Shown: piece after piece, positions 38,305 through 50,590 of the stretch
Position numbering within the stretch: position 1 is the stretch's first letter
Layout: every line of letters starts with the position of its first letter
Source of the DNA: Hydrolagus affinis
Lineage: Eukaryota
Assembly (NCBI GenBank): GCA_012026655.1
Contig: JAAILG010002091.1
Coordinates: 1-57,992, forward strand
Reading direction: 5' to 3'
Length of the DNA: 57,992 nucleotides
The notes under the pieces: generated by a model
Told to the model about the DNA's origin: nothing
Databases searched by the model: none
What the model saw: only the letters and a program-made list of their open reading frames with translations
Made by a program: the position numbers and the translations under genes

Positions 38305-38836
38305 TTATCAGTCCATCCATTCATGTGGTTATCTGTCCTGATAACCTCTATAAACCTGATAAATATATGATATTATGCTACTTGTGATCAGTGATTATGG
38401 GCTGATATGGCTAGTCATGGCCTTTGGGTACAAATATCAACCTTGATGGGTACCTTAAAGTTGAATCAAGTTGTGCAACACTTTTTCTAACAACATTTAA
38501 ATTTCATGATGCAAATATATGTGGTAAATATTTTATGTTCCTACTCATCAGCAGCGCAAGAGTTCAGGAGTTATCAGTACAGATAGCTGTGAGAATTGAT
38601 GGACTGATAACCAGTGGTAATCTGTCTGATAAGACTGGTCCTAAATTCTATATTCCACACTTCAAACCAGAGCACTATGCTGCAGAGTGCAGATGCAGAT
38701 AATTAACTAGATATCATTCTGCATGATAATGTTATAATAGAGCTGATGAGCATCAACAAGTAGTCATGACCATATAAAATAACTTTGCTTAAATTTTTTT
38801 CCATACTCTGATATAAATTAATATTCAGCCTGATAA
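38305..38836. promoter_or_regulatory. Candidate GATA-dependent enhancer (homotypic WGATAR cluster)
   Basis: 11 WGATAR matches counted in about 530 bp of sequence that does not resemble the repeats seen elsewhere in the window. Confidence 0.55.
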
Positions 38837-38992
38837 GTTGTTAACTCGGTGTAGTGTATAATAAAGAATGGAATGTGCTTAGGAATACTGTAATTTTGAC
38901 CCCAGGCAAAAAAAACTAGCATGTTGATGGTATCTAATTAGATTGTAGCATCTCAAAATGCTGCTTCACATTTACTGCCACATGTAAGATTA

Positions 38993-39380
38993 ATAATAAT
39001 AATAATCCTTGCATTTGATACAGCGCTTTTCACGTCTTCTAGACGTCACAAAGCGCTTCACAGAATATACTGTAAAGTGAATTGGCTGTCTATCTGTGGG
39101 CGAGACTGTTTGTGTAAGATATTTCTACCAGCAAGATCCTAAAATCATGAAATGAATAAGCAATTAATCTTGAGAGTTGCCCAGAAGTACACAGAAGTTT
39201 TTTTCTTCTTTGAAAGGGCCATAAGATATTTAATATCCACCTGAAAACAGGTGGATGGGACCTTGGTTTAACATGTCACCTGAAAGACAGCATACTTGAC
39301 AATGGTGTGCTCTCCCATCAGTATATTGATGTACCATCTTATCTATGAGTTCAAGTTCCAATATGTGGTCCGAAACCAGA
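38993..39380 (-). mobile_element. Deu-domain SINE with well-preserved (TTA)n L2-like tail
   Basis: aataataatccttgcatttgatacagcgcttttcacgtc...aagcgcttcacag. Deu core atccacctgaaaacagg...cttggtttaacat. The tail may be a younger separate insertion. Confidence 0.72.
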
Positions 39381-42300
39381 AACTTACAAAGAATTATCTC
39401 AACTGCCTCACTGTTGATCTCCATAGTCCGATGATACACAGTAGTTTGTACTCATTATAAGGCAAAAACAAACAACAGAAATAGACAGAACAGAATAAAG
39501 GGACATGGATCATAATCCTTTGTGAGTACTTGATTTTTAAAAGGAGGTACAATGGTAAATCTTCCTTTAAGAGTTTTCCAGCACATTCATTTCAGGATTT
39601 TTTTTTAAAAAATACTGAAAAAAATGTGAAATCTTTGGCATCACTGAGCACTGATTTGTTGAGAAGGAAGTCTGAAATAATTTATCCCATTAGTTTCAAA
39701 GTTTTAAGGGAAAAGGAGGGAATATAGTAATACTGCAATATGGAAAGTGCAGCATGGGATATGTTATAATATTAATGGATTAAAGTTTTGTATTTAGTTT
39801 GTGAGCTGGTCTGTATGACTGAGGTGATAAATTCCTTGATAACCTCTGGTCCTCAACTCCTAGGGTTTTGGAACCATTGTGCTCTACAGTGCATTACTGT
39901 ATCTAACCTATGACTTGACCTTTAGAGTTTGGTTGCTTTGCATACCATCATGATTGGACTTTCCACTCTAAAGGTAAATCAATAATTTTTTGAAATGGTT
40001 TGCAAGAATATAAGAGTTAACCTAAGATTCACTGAAATGCTGGTTGGTTTTATGTTTTGTGTATTTTGCTGTATGTTTATCTGTACATTGATCAAGAAAA
40101 GGAAATAGTTCAACCATCGCACAAAGTCCACTCATTGGTGAATTGGCTTCTCTACACATAGCTATCTGCTTGTTATTGTCTATTAGAAAATGGACTTTGC
40201 CCCTTACACTGTTGGCTTGGTATCTTTTAACTTTTGATGGTTGTACCATATTATTGAATGCTCAGCTTTTGAAAACTTCTGCTTCTCATCATTTCTCCAT
40301 TGTCACTGATAAGTGCCAAAACTTTCCAGCAGTATGAGGAACTTGGCCATAAACAATTTTGAAATAATTCAGTCACCTCACAGTTACATCTCAAAACATA
40401 TTGACATTATCAGATTGCTTATTAGTTGTCTTGTGCTATAAATTATTTCTACATGACCCCCTCCCCCTTTGTATTCATATGTTTTATATCTTTCTTCTTG
40501 TCCTAATGAAATGCTATAAATGCTCAAGGGATTCTGAGGTACACTATGTCACATTTATAACCAGAAGCATTACAGCTAAATGTTGGAAATACCTAAACTT
40601 GTCAGGATCTCTGTACTATGTAGAATGTAATGTTTTATACAGGGTGATCAAAAAATGTCATGATGCCATTACAATGTATAATAAGTCTTAAAGAAATGAT
40701 GATTTTTTGGGGGTAATATGGTAGCTGAAAAATCTGACTTGTTGGTCACCTTGTATAACTAAATAGTGCTGCATAATGTATTATGTTACACTTCACTACC
40801 ATACATGTGTAAATATTACCATTCATAAGTATATCATCCTGTATATTTGTAATAGCTTAAGTCTTTCTACCCATAAAAGGTACAGTGTTTGGCATTTATA
40901 TCATTTTGCAAATGTAGATTTTATATAATAATTTATAACTTTTCAGGATAACATAGCTTTGCATATCCATAATTCAATCGTACTCCATATGTGTAACCCC
41001 ATAAATCAGAACAAACCAACACATAATCAGACATATAGAGCCACTTAGTCACTTATATTCATAGTAGAATCTAGTATACCTCAAAGCATATGAAACTGTA
41101 CAGTACATCTGTAATTATAAAATCAGATAATATTAAGCCTTACATTTGGGAAGTGCCTTTTATGTCAGAAGGACATCTGAAAGCACTTCTGATACATTGT
41201 AAAGTTACTATGTGTATTGTGAGCCACCTCAATAGTCAATTTGCACAGAACAGTGTCCCACAAACAGCAACTAAATGACCAAAATATGTCTATAATCACG
41301 TAGTCATATGAGTTTTTAAATGACGTTTAGATCTATTCAATTCTGTAAGGCTAATATGGATGATTCATGGGAGTATCGAATGTTTAGGATTGCAGTTGTA
41401 AAGTTTTAAACTAAGAATTATAAAAGATGCAGTGCAGAAGTACAAAACTTCTGAATGGAAATTTGGAAGTGGATTCCGTTGTAATCTTTACTTTCATCAC
41501 ACACGAATGACTGTGGCCATGAGCGTGCTTTGAGGAGGATGAGTTGCCAATTCTGATGTGCTGACAAAACTTGTCGAAGTGTCGGGGGGAGAGGAGGGGA
41601 AGCTCTCAGTTCATATGACTAATTAGATGGGCTTCATGCTGGGTTCTTCTTTTGAAGCTGATCTCCTCGCTAATTGCCCAGCATTTGTTGAAGAGAACAA
41701 GGTTAAGTTCAAATGTAGCAGAGGGCTGGTAACGTTCTGTTGGCCGCCAATTCTGGTGCTGATGTGAAATGACAGGCAGCAGATGGAGATGTGTTAATTT
41801 AACTGATTAGGACTTTAACGTTTAGCCGGAACTTTGGGTGCAGGTCAATCCATTCAAACACATTAGAGAACACATGAGGCATGAGCTTTTGCAAAGTGCG
41901 GCTCAGCTTTGTGCAGAATTTAAAAGAGCATCGAGCAACATGTTCTGGCTGCTGGGAGGTAAGCATCTATTGTGCCAACAGGAGCCCAGAAACTTATGTG
42001 TCACAAATTAAATGGGTACTAAAATACTAAAATGTTTAAAACACATTACATCCACACATTACGCTGCATATTATCAATATTTTCTGACAAAAGGATTTCC
42101 ATTAGGAAACAAATTCACCAGAAAATGAGATACTGCAGCACGACTACTTGGTTCCCTTGAGTCAACGCAAGTAAACATATTAATAAGACAATATTAATCA
42201 AAAGTGTACAGGATTCTGAAAGGAAAAATGGGAACCATGGTTATGCTGTGACTTTTGACTGCAGTTAAACATTTATTGTACACATACAATAATTGTTAAA

Positions 42301-43129
42301 CATTATCATACAGCCTCAAAGTGCGAAAGCTCGAAGATCACTTTATTATTTTAGCAAAAATTAAAAACCCTCTTGCATGCAAAACAAACAAATTAAAAAT
42401 GAACCAAGGCAAGACTGTGTTATGAAGGGTGTGACATGTATTTATGGAAGAAATGTATTGGAATTTGGTTTTGTTTCATTAGACTGCTGAGCCCTTCACT
42501 CATGAATTTCTTTAGATGAGTAAAACTGTGCAACCTGTCTGTTCCAGTTAAATCTTTACTCCATATTTAGATTTTTCTTTCACATTCTCTGTTGGTCTCC
42601 AGCCAAGTCTGTAAAACTGTAAACCAAAAGCTCTAAGGTGCTAATTTAGTGAAGATTAGCGAGCCTTAACTCACTACACAGAAGAGTAGGTAGCAGGTTC
42701 AGTAGACAAGGTAGCACTAGCTTGGGATGAATGACTTCTTATTTCTATGATTTCACATCCCAATGGACTTGAATACAAAGCACAAAGCTCCCTGCAATTT
42801 GACATTAATTTGGCCAATCGTTCAGAGAAGCTAAATGGATAGAGAACAAAATAGATTAGAGAATAACAAGAATAGACAACTAAGATGTGATAAGGCGCTG
42901 TATCAAACGGAAAGATTATTATTATTATTTTTATTATTCTAACCTGAAAAAATCATTAGTCCCAGGCTTCTCTGCCTTTGTGCTCTATTGCAGTTACAGC
43001 CCACCGTGGAGGCACTCTATTTGCTACATAGCTCTAAACTCGTCAGCTGCTTTGAACTTCATATTCTCACTGGGGGCAAAATAAAGAAGAAACTATTTCT
43101 GTGCACAGATCCAGCATCTTTCACTTTGA

Positions 43130-43573
43130 TGTCAGCCAGCTTCAGTTGGTAACACTCTCACTCTCTCAATCTTATGAGTCACAAGGTTGTGGATTCAAGC
43201 CCGACACTGAGACTTTGAGCTCAAAGTCTAGGCTAACACTCTAGAGTGGTAACGGGATAGTAATGCATTGTCAGACAAGCATTCTTCACATGAGATGTTA
43301 AACCAAGGTTCCATCTGCTTGATCAGGTGGATGATAAAGGTCCCAGGGCACTTTTAGAAAAGAGAAAACATTATTTATCTTGATGAACTGGCCAACAATT
43401 CCCCAGATAAAATTTGGTCATTCACTTCATGGCTGTTTGTGAGACATTGCTGTGTGCAATATGGCTGCTTACATTTGCCTGGAAATACACAGTCAATACA
43501 CTTTACAGTAAATCTTGAGAATGTTTTGAGACATCTCAACAATGTGATGCTATATCAAATACAATGATTATTA
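43130..43573 (+). mobile_element. Near full-length tRNA-derived Deu-domain SINE (SacSINE1/AmnSINE1-like)
   Basis: A-box-like cagttggtaacac and B-box-like gattcaagcc. Deu core gttaaaccaagg...caggtggatg...ggctgtttgtgagacattgctgtgtgcaatatggctgc. L2-like tail with (TTA)n. Family name recalled from memory. Confidence 0.8.
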
Positions 43574-43775
43574 TGTTCATGTTTACCAAACAAAATCACT
43601 GGAAAAGATCTTTTTCTTTCCTTGTTTTCAAAGTTCTAATGCAGGTATAAAAAGCAGATGAATGTAGTTGGAATAAGAAATATAAATTGTAGCTCCAGCC
43701 TGCTCTAGGTCTCCCTACCGTCAGTCACCAGGCTTTCAGTGTCTCTTCCCTCACTCTTTGGAACTCCATCCTACA

Positions 43776-44873
43776 ATCCCTTGCTCCCTCTCCTGCACTG
43801 TCACCTGTGGCATCCCCCAGGGCTCTGTCCCTGGCCCCCTGCTTTTCAACATCTACATGATCCCACTTGGTGACATCATCTGCAGACATGGGGTTAACTT
43901 CCACATGTATGTGGATGACACCCAATTCTATCTCTCTGCCTCTACCCTCGACTCCAGCAGTACCACTGTCCTGACAGACTGTCTGTCAGCCATCAAGTCC
44001 TGGATGAGAGCAAATTTTCTATAGTTGAATGTCAACAAGACCGAGGCATAACTGATTGGCTCGCGCCAGTGCCTTCTTGCATCAGGCGCTGGCTGCATCA
44101 ACCTCCATGGTTGAATACTCAACCTCACCAAGCCAGTAAGGAACCTAGGTGTCTTGTTTGACCCTCAACTGTCTTTCTTCCCTCACATCCAAGCAATGAC
44201 TCCCTCTGCCTTTCCCCATCTCCGCAACATTTCCCGACTCCACCATTACCCCACCCCTAAAGCCGCTGAAACCCTCATCCATGCCTTCTTTACATCCTGG
44301 CTCGATTATGCAAATGCCTTGCTGGTCGGGCTTCCCAATTCCTCCATCCACAGGCTGCAGATAATCCAGAACTCTGCGGCCCGTGTCCTCTACCGTTCCA
44401 AACCCCGTGATCCCATCTCCCCCATCCTTGCCTGACTCCATTGGCTCCCCATCATCCAGAGGATCCAATTCAAGATCTTGGTACTCACATTTAAAGCCCT
44501 CCACAACCTCGCCCCACCCTACATCCGTGACCTCCTATCCCCTTACCAAACTGCCCCACCCTCCGTTCAGCAGGCTCTGGCCTGCTCCACGTCCCCCGAC
44601 CCACCCGCCCAACCATTGGTGGGCAAGCCACTCTGCCCCCAATTTCTGGAATTCCATCCCAAAGTCCCTCCGCCTCGTCCCCTCCCTGGCCTCCTTCAAG
44701 TCTTGCCTCAACACTCTCCTCTTCGATGGACCCAGTGGCAATTCCTCCTCCTCCCCCACCCTCCCCCACCTTTCCTCAGCTCAGGTCTGAATCAATAACT
44801 GTCCAGCGCCTTGTCCAGCATCCTCCTGATGTGAAAAGTGCTATACAAATGTAATTTTGTTGTTGTTGTTGTT
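43776..44873 (+). mobile_element. 5'-truncated L2-clade LINE, decayed reverse-transcriptase C-terminal half plus 3' UTR and (TTG)n tail
   Basis: RT motifs GIPQGSVPGPLLFNIYM and HMYVDDTQFY. Then ETLIHAF..SWLDYANALL.GLP..LQIIQNSAAR and LHW/IQFK motifs broken by stops and frameshifts. Tail ...gtgaaaagtgctatacaaatgtaattttgttgttgttgtt. Confidence 0.93.
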
Positions 44874-44877
44874 AAGG

Positions 44878-45062
44878 ATACAACTCATGAGCCTCCTTTT
44901 TGACCATTCCTTCACTCGCCCTCCAACTCCTTCTGCCCTCCCTCACCCCAACCCTACTCCTTACGCTCAGGTCCTGATCCCTGACTGTTCAGCATCTTGG
45001 GACATCCTCCCAGCATGAATGGTGCTTTTAAAAATATAATTTGGTTCTTTTTATTATTGTTG
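44878..45062 (+). mobile_element. Older L2 3' UTR fragment directly following the previous copy
   Basis: Second, more decayed copy of the C-rich 3' UTR and tail (cttgggacatcctcccagcatgaa...). Confidence 0.7.
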
Positions 45063-46245
45063 TCATTCCTGAGGTGTGCCTACGGTAGAAAAAATCCAGT
45101 GCAAATATTAGCATTGAACACTCTTAAGACAGGCAAAGGATCAACAATTGCCTTGATTCAAAACTAGATAAAACATCCTATACCAGTGCAACATTTCAAT
45201 TTCGATTTCCCAAATTAGACATTCTTGTTATTTCTCAGACAGAGTTTTAATTGAGTGTGAATAATTGGCACATTATGTCTCATTTTGTGCTGTGATCTTG
45301 CAAGCAGTGGCGATGGGATTAAGGACTGGTCAAAGTCATTGCATTTAGAGATCTCATAAATGGCAGATAGAGGTACTTTAATCCATTCAGTCCGGGCTAG
45401 AATGAAATCCATCTGCCAGAGGTGAAGGGATCGAGTGCTAACCCATTGCTCTGCACAGTTCCTCATCATTTTGTTTCTAAATATGCAGAGAAGATTTTCC
45501 ATTAAACTGCATTTGAAATATAAATGTATTTTGTATAGAAGGAGGCTTCACCATTACCCATTTTTACAAATCAGCTTTTTGTTTCACTAATCCCAATATC
45601 CCTTACTGTTTTTCAATGGCCAGATGCTTATCCAATTCACTTCTGGATGATTCTATTGATCCAAGCTCAATAGCCACTTGCGGTAATGAATTCTAACAAT
45701 CCTCTGATTCTGTGTTTCACTGTTGTGCTCAATGCTACTTAATATGTGCGTTAAATGCTGCTGAAATACTCACATTCACCAAATTAAGATTTGATTCCAA
45801 TCAAAAAGCAATATTGAAAAGGATCTGATGTAAATACAAAGGGAGTGTATATTAAAACAGGACCTAGAATGAGCCAAATAACTGTAAACCGTATCAAATA
45901 TGAATGAATCTGCTGCTGAACTTATGGTAAAGCTAGTCATCAATTTACCATGGTACCCTCTAAATTAAAAGATTGCCAACTAGTCACAGGTTTATGAAAG
46001 GTACAGGCTTGAAGGGATATGGGGATGAGGCAGGGCACCGAGATACAATGAACACCTTGCTCTCAGAATAATCTCCTCCTGTTCTGTAAATTTTCATGAT
46101 TCTAGTCAAGAATTCATATAGAATATAATTATTCATGGCAAATCTTCCTCTACTCCTGTTGCCCATTAAGAGAATCTACAGTGAAAGCAATCAAATGTGC
46201 AGTTTACTTCATTCAGGTTGACAATATTATGATAGGTTTCAATAA

Positions 46246-46362
46246 AGTTCTGATGAAGGTTCGTAGGCCCGAAATGTTGACTCACTTTCCTTTCCCGGTG
46301 TTCCCAGCTATTTCTGTTCTAGTTTCAAACTTCAGCATCTGCAGTATTTTGCATTTAGTTTT
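46246..46362 (+). mobile_element. Second, single-arm copy of the Penelope-like/hammerhead element
   Basis: agtt-CTGATGA-aggttcgtaggccc-GAAA-tgtt-gact...cagcatctgcagtattttgc, homologous to 19143-19275. Confidence 0.7.
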
Positions 46363-49300
46363 TCAATAAACTGTATGTTGATAAATTGTTTCCACCATTA
46401 CCGACCCACATGCCACTGGAAATATTTTCTCCTTATTCACACTATCGAGACATCTCATAATTTTGAAAACTGCTATTAAGTCTCTTCTGAACTATTTCCG
46501 TTTCAAGGAGAATGATCCTAGCTTCTCCAGCTGAAGTTATGAATAGTGGAGTATAGGAGAAGGGAATTGGAGCATTGGAGGGTCATATGGAATATAATCA
46601 GAAGTTCTGTGCTGTATAATTCCATGTAATTATATCTAGTAGGCAGAGACATGAGCAACCCAAGAGTGAGAGAAGAAGAGAGACCAGTGGGAGCATTGGT
46701 CAAAACTGTTCTGGAGACATGGATTAACAGTGAAAATGGTAGACTTCATTGACTGGCATAATCTACAGATGTTTAATGTCAGTGTTTTTTTTACTTCATG
46801 TGGACTTGTTTACATGCTGAAAGAAGGTCTTCAAAGCTGAATTGTATAAAAATAGTAATTTGCCCTTTTATAGCACTTTTTGTGTAAGGAGACATCTCAA
46901 AGCACTTTACAAAGACTGAGTGAAAAGGTAACCAAAGGATAGTGGCAAAGCAGGCCAGCATTGGCAAAGTAGGGGGAGTGGCAATAGGCATAATGTCATA
47001 GAGTGTGTGCAAGGTTGACTGGAGGATAGAGGGGTAGTGTAGCAAGACAAGAATGTTTGGATAAACACCTGGATCCTGATGCACAAGAGGATGCGGGCTG
47101 CTTAGTCTGGGAAGGTCTGAAGTTTGTGGAGAGGGGACCTGGGGATACCAGCATGATGTCTAATAATTCATTTGAAAATTACTTCATAGTGGACTGAGGG
47201 GAATGAGATATTGAAATAGAAACAATTCTGTTGATTCTCTATTAAAGGGGAGTTGCCTTGAAAGTTTCATTTTCAAGTGTGTGAAGAGAAGTGACCATTA
47301 GAATATTAGAATCTCTAGAATGGTTTCAATCCTCGCTGTGCAAGCTGTTACCTCAGAATTATTGCATGTTATCCCACAAACCGGCCCAAACAAATAAATG
47401 TGGTGTTGGTTCAGTGCAGCATTTTCAGAAAGGCCTATTTTCTGATGTTCTCAGAACTTATCTGATTTGATGTCCCCTCGCCCCATTAATGCACAGATAA
47501 CAGATACTGTTAAAATTAATCCACATTTCTTTGCTTGCAAGGTTTGAGAATGTTATATATGGGTGCTGTAAAAGTCTCTTTGCTGGAAGTGATATATACA
47601 TATATACAGTATATAGATGGACACTTATGGACATTCTCACCATTCGCAAACCATTGACCTTTCATCTAAATCTTCTTTCTTTCTTGATGAAACATTTCTC
47701 CTGGGGCCATTCTCTCTCCTTCAGTGAAGGCTGTGAAAATTCATGAATACATTTATAGCAACTAAAATCTCAATAAATATTTAATTTGCCATGCGAAACA
47801 TTGAGAAGTTGCTGAAGTTTCAACTTTCAATGTGACTTTTTAGATTTTTTGTAAAAAAAAGACACATAGGGTTGAAATTCTGTGCACTACATAACAAACG
47901 TGATTTTAGATTCTTTCTGCAATTTGAAGACTGCACTAAAATAATCCTGTGGGCTCTTGTACAGTTTCTTTCTGCGGAAACATCTGTAATATCCAACTGA
48001 CTATTACATGCATTATGGGCTATATTCTGTAAAGTTTCTACTTCCCATATATCTATCCATCTCTTTCTTGAATCCCGCAATGGATATTTTTCCATGCTGA
48101 AATGAACGTTTCCATTTTACATATACAGTACATATTCAGAATTTCTCCGCTTCAATGTATTTCCAACCCTAATAAATACATTTTAACTATACATTCTATA
48201 GCTCCCAATGGATACTCTGGACTACAATCCTTGGCTCTCGCCAACCAGCACCTAATATTCTTAGAATTAGTTAGCAGGTATTTCTCCAGGGTGAAGGTGT
48301 ATATTCTAATCCAGACACAAGCCCATTTCCAGGTATAGATGGCATATATTCAATACAATAATTACAATGCAAAATTACATTTCTCAAGAGTCTTTCACGT
48401 CGGGAGGATTTCTCAAGTCGCTGGAACTCTCAGTCAGGTTTGGCATATTAGTCGATTTCCACATGTGCCACACCTCTGGCTGACCAAACAAAAAATAAAT
48501 AAATGCATTACTTCCTCTTTGGCTACATTGAACTGCATGTACCATATATTTGTCTATTCCCCTAATCTATCAACATCCACTTGCAAATGATTGAGCTGTT
48601 CCATACAATTAATTACATCTGAGCATTGTGTTATCTTTCATTAGCTTACCTTGTGACATGCTTTTATTTACTTTGCCCCTCTCCCCATCCTGAGATGGTG
48701 TTCCCAACCTCCATTCTACACTATTCCCCAATTCTAAGATTAGGGACTCACTGTGTTGGAAACATCAATAAAAGATTTCCAAATCTTATCTTACTTCTTC
48801 ATATTAATGAACAACACACTGGACAACATGATCATAAACACTGCATATGCCACATTGACATTTACAATCGCATATTGATTCCTTTCCTTTACAGAGTTTT
48901 ACCTGAGCAGTGTGACACAGAGAAGCCTGATTTACGGCAGTTTCAAACACTCAATCAGTCTTAACAGTTCACTTCTCTTTACCACAAAGAGATCAATAAG
49001 TAGACCTTAACACAAAGTAACATCATGTTCAATAGACAAATAGCTGGGACCCTTCTCACTGATTGATTTCTGAAAGTGAGTTAATAAAGAAGCATACTAT
49101 GAGTGGAAGGTTGCAGGAAGGGAGCTGTCACAGTGCTTGGCTATTTGCTTCCATTAATCGAGAAAATGTAGCCTATTGCTGTGTCAGAGAGCCACTAATA
49201 CCCACAAAAACATGTCCCTCTATAAACCTGTGAGCATATGGACAGCTTGTTCCCACTCATTGATTAATGGTAGAACACATGAATGCTGAGACTGATTTAA

Positions 49301-49534
49301 CTTCTCATGCCTCACAACATTCATCCCCCAAAAAACTCTCAATGTGAGTCTCACCCAATGCTTCAACACACAACAAGAGAATGGGTACATGCATAATAGC
49401 TTGTTATTGATGTAGTTATGATTCCAATGGGTTACTACAAGCCAACAGACTGGCCTAGGGGATCATAGAGACACATAAACTTAGAAATCTACAGCACAGA
49501 ACGAGGTCATTTGGCCCATCAGCCGTGTGTCAGC

Positions 49535-49765
49535 CTAGCTCAGTGGGAACACTCTTGCCTTGGAGTCAGTAGACTATGGGTTCAAGGCCCATGTCAGGAC
49601 GTAGAATCACACAGTGTAAAGTGACACTCCAATGCAGTGGAGGCAGGTATATGTTGCATTATCAGAGGTGACGTTCTTTGGATGAAACTTTCAACTAAGG
49701 TCCTGTCCTCTAGTTCAGGTGGTCGTTAAATATCCCATGGCACAATTCGTAAAGAGAAGGGAGTT
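49535..49765 (+). mobile_element. 5' half of a Deu-domain tRNA SINE
   Basis: tagctcagtggg A box, gggttcaaggcc B box, ttcaggtggtcgttaaatatcccatggcac. Confidence 0.75.
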
Positions 49766-50249
49766 TCAGTACAACCCTTCCTCCTATGCAACATGCAGGG
49801 GAATCCCTGCAGAAAATAAAATTTACATCTCAAGGTACTTTTACAACCTCTATGGCAAATGGTTCAGTGTGATCAAGCTAAAATCAAGCTGGGTTCTGTA
49901 TGACCCTTCCTCCTATACAACCATCTAATGATAAACAACATACTTTCTTGCCCTGCCCTGGTCTACATTGGAAAATCCCGCTGTATTTGTTTGCCCTTTT
50001 AATTATTTAAGAGCATTCTCTCCCATTTTCACTCTTTCACTGATCTGTCCGCTTGCATGCGAAACTCTCACACCATTTATGCTTGAAATAATCATGTAAC
50101 CTCTTACTGCAGACTCCCCTGAGGTATAGGACGAAGAAGACATTCTCCTTTTGAAGCTGTTTGCAGAAGGTTTTTCGACACTAGTTTGTACCTGAGTACT
50201 TAAAAGCTGTCTGAGAACTATTAAACTAATAAAATACTATACATAAAAC

Positions 50250-50590
50250 AAATTTCATTTGTAAGCAAGGACAGCAAATTGTGCACTCCTGAGCTCCCAA
50301 GGAGAATTGCTATTTAGGTTAGAGAATTGATTATTAATCAGGATGTTAATAGATGTAAATAGTATTTTATTTCTGAAATAACGTCATGGGACCTTTAACA
50401 TTCACTTAAAGATTGGGGCAGAGAGAATCAGTTTTTTATCTCATCCAACAGTCAGCACCACTGACATTGCAGCACTCCCCACGACTGCACTGAAATGTGA
50501 ACCTGGAATATAAGGTCAAGTCATATGGGGGACTCAAACTCACAATGACCCTGTGGAGAGAATGCTACCAACTAAGCCAAACTGACACCT
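50250..50590 (-). mobile_element. Deu-domain tRNA SINE remnant
   Basis: catgggacctttaacattcac, gcagcactccc..actgcactg, aatgctaccaactaagcc. Confidence 0.68.

Noticed and set aside
43130-43215. tRNA genes at SINE heads (also about 49535, 53950 and 37140)
   Set aside because: Degenerate or partial cloverleafs continuous with SINE bodies or truncated; not functional tRNAs.
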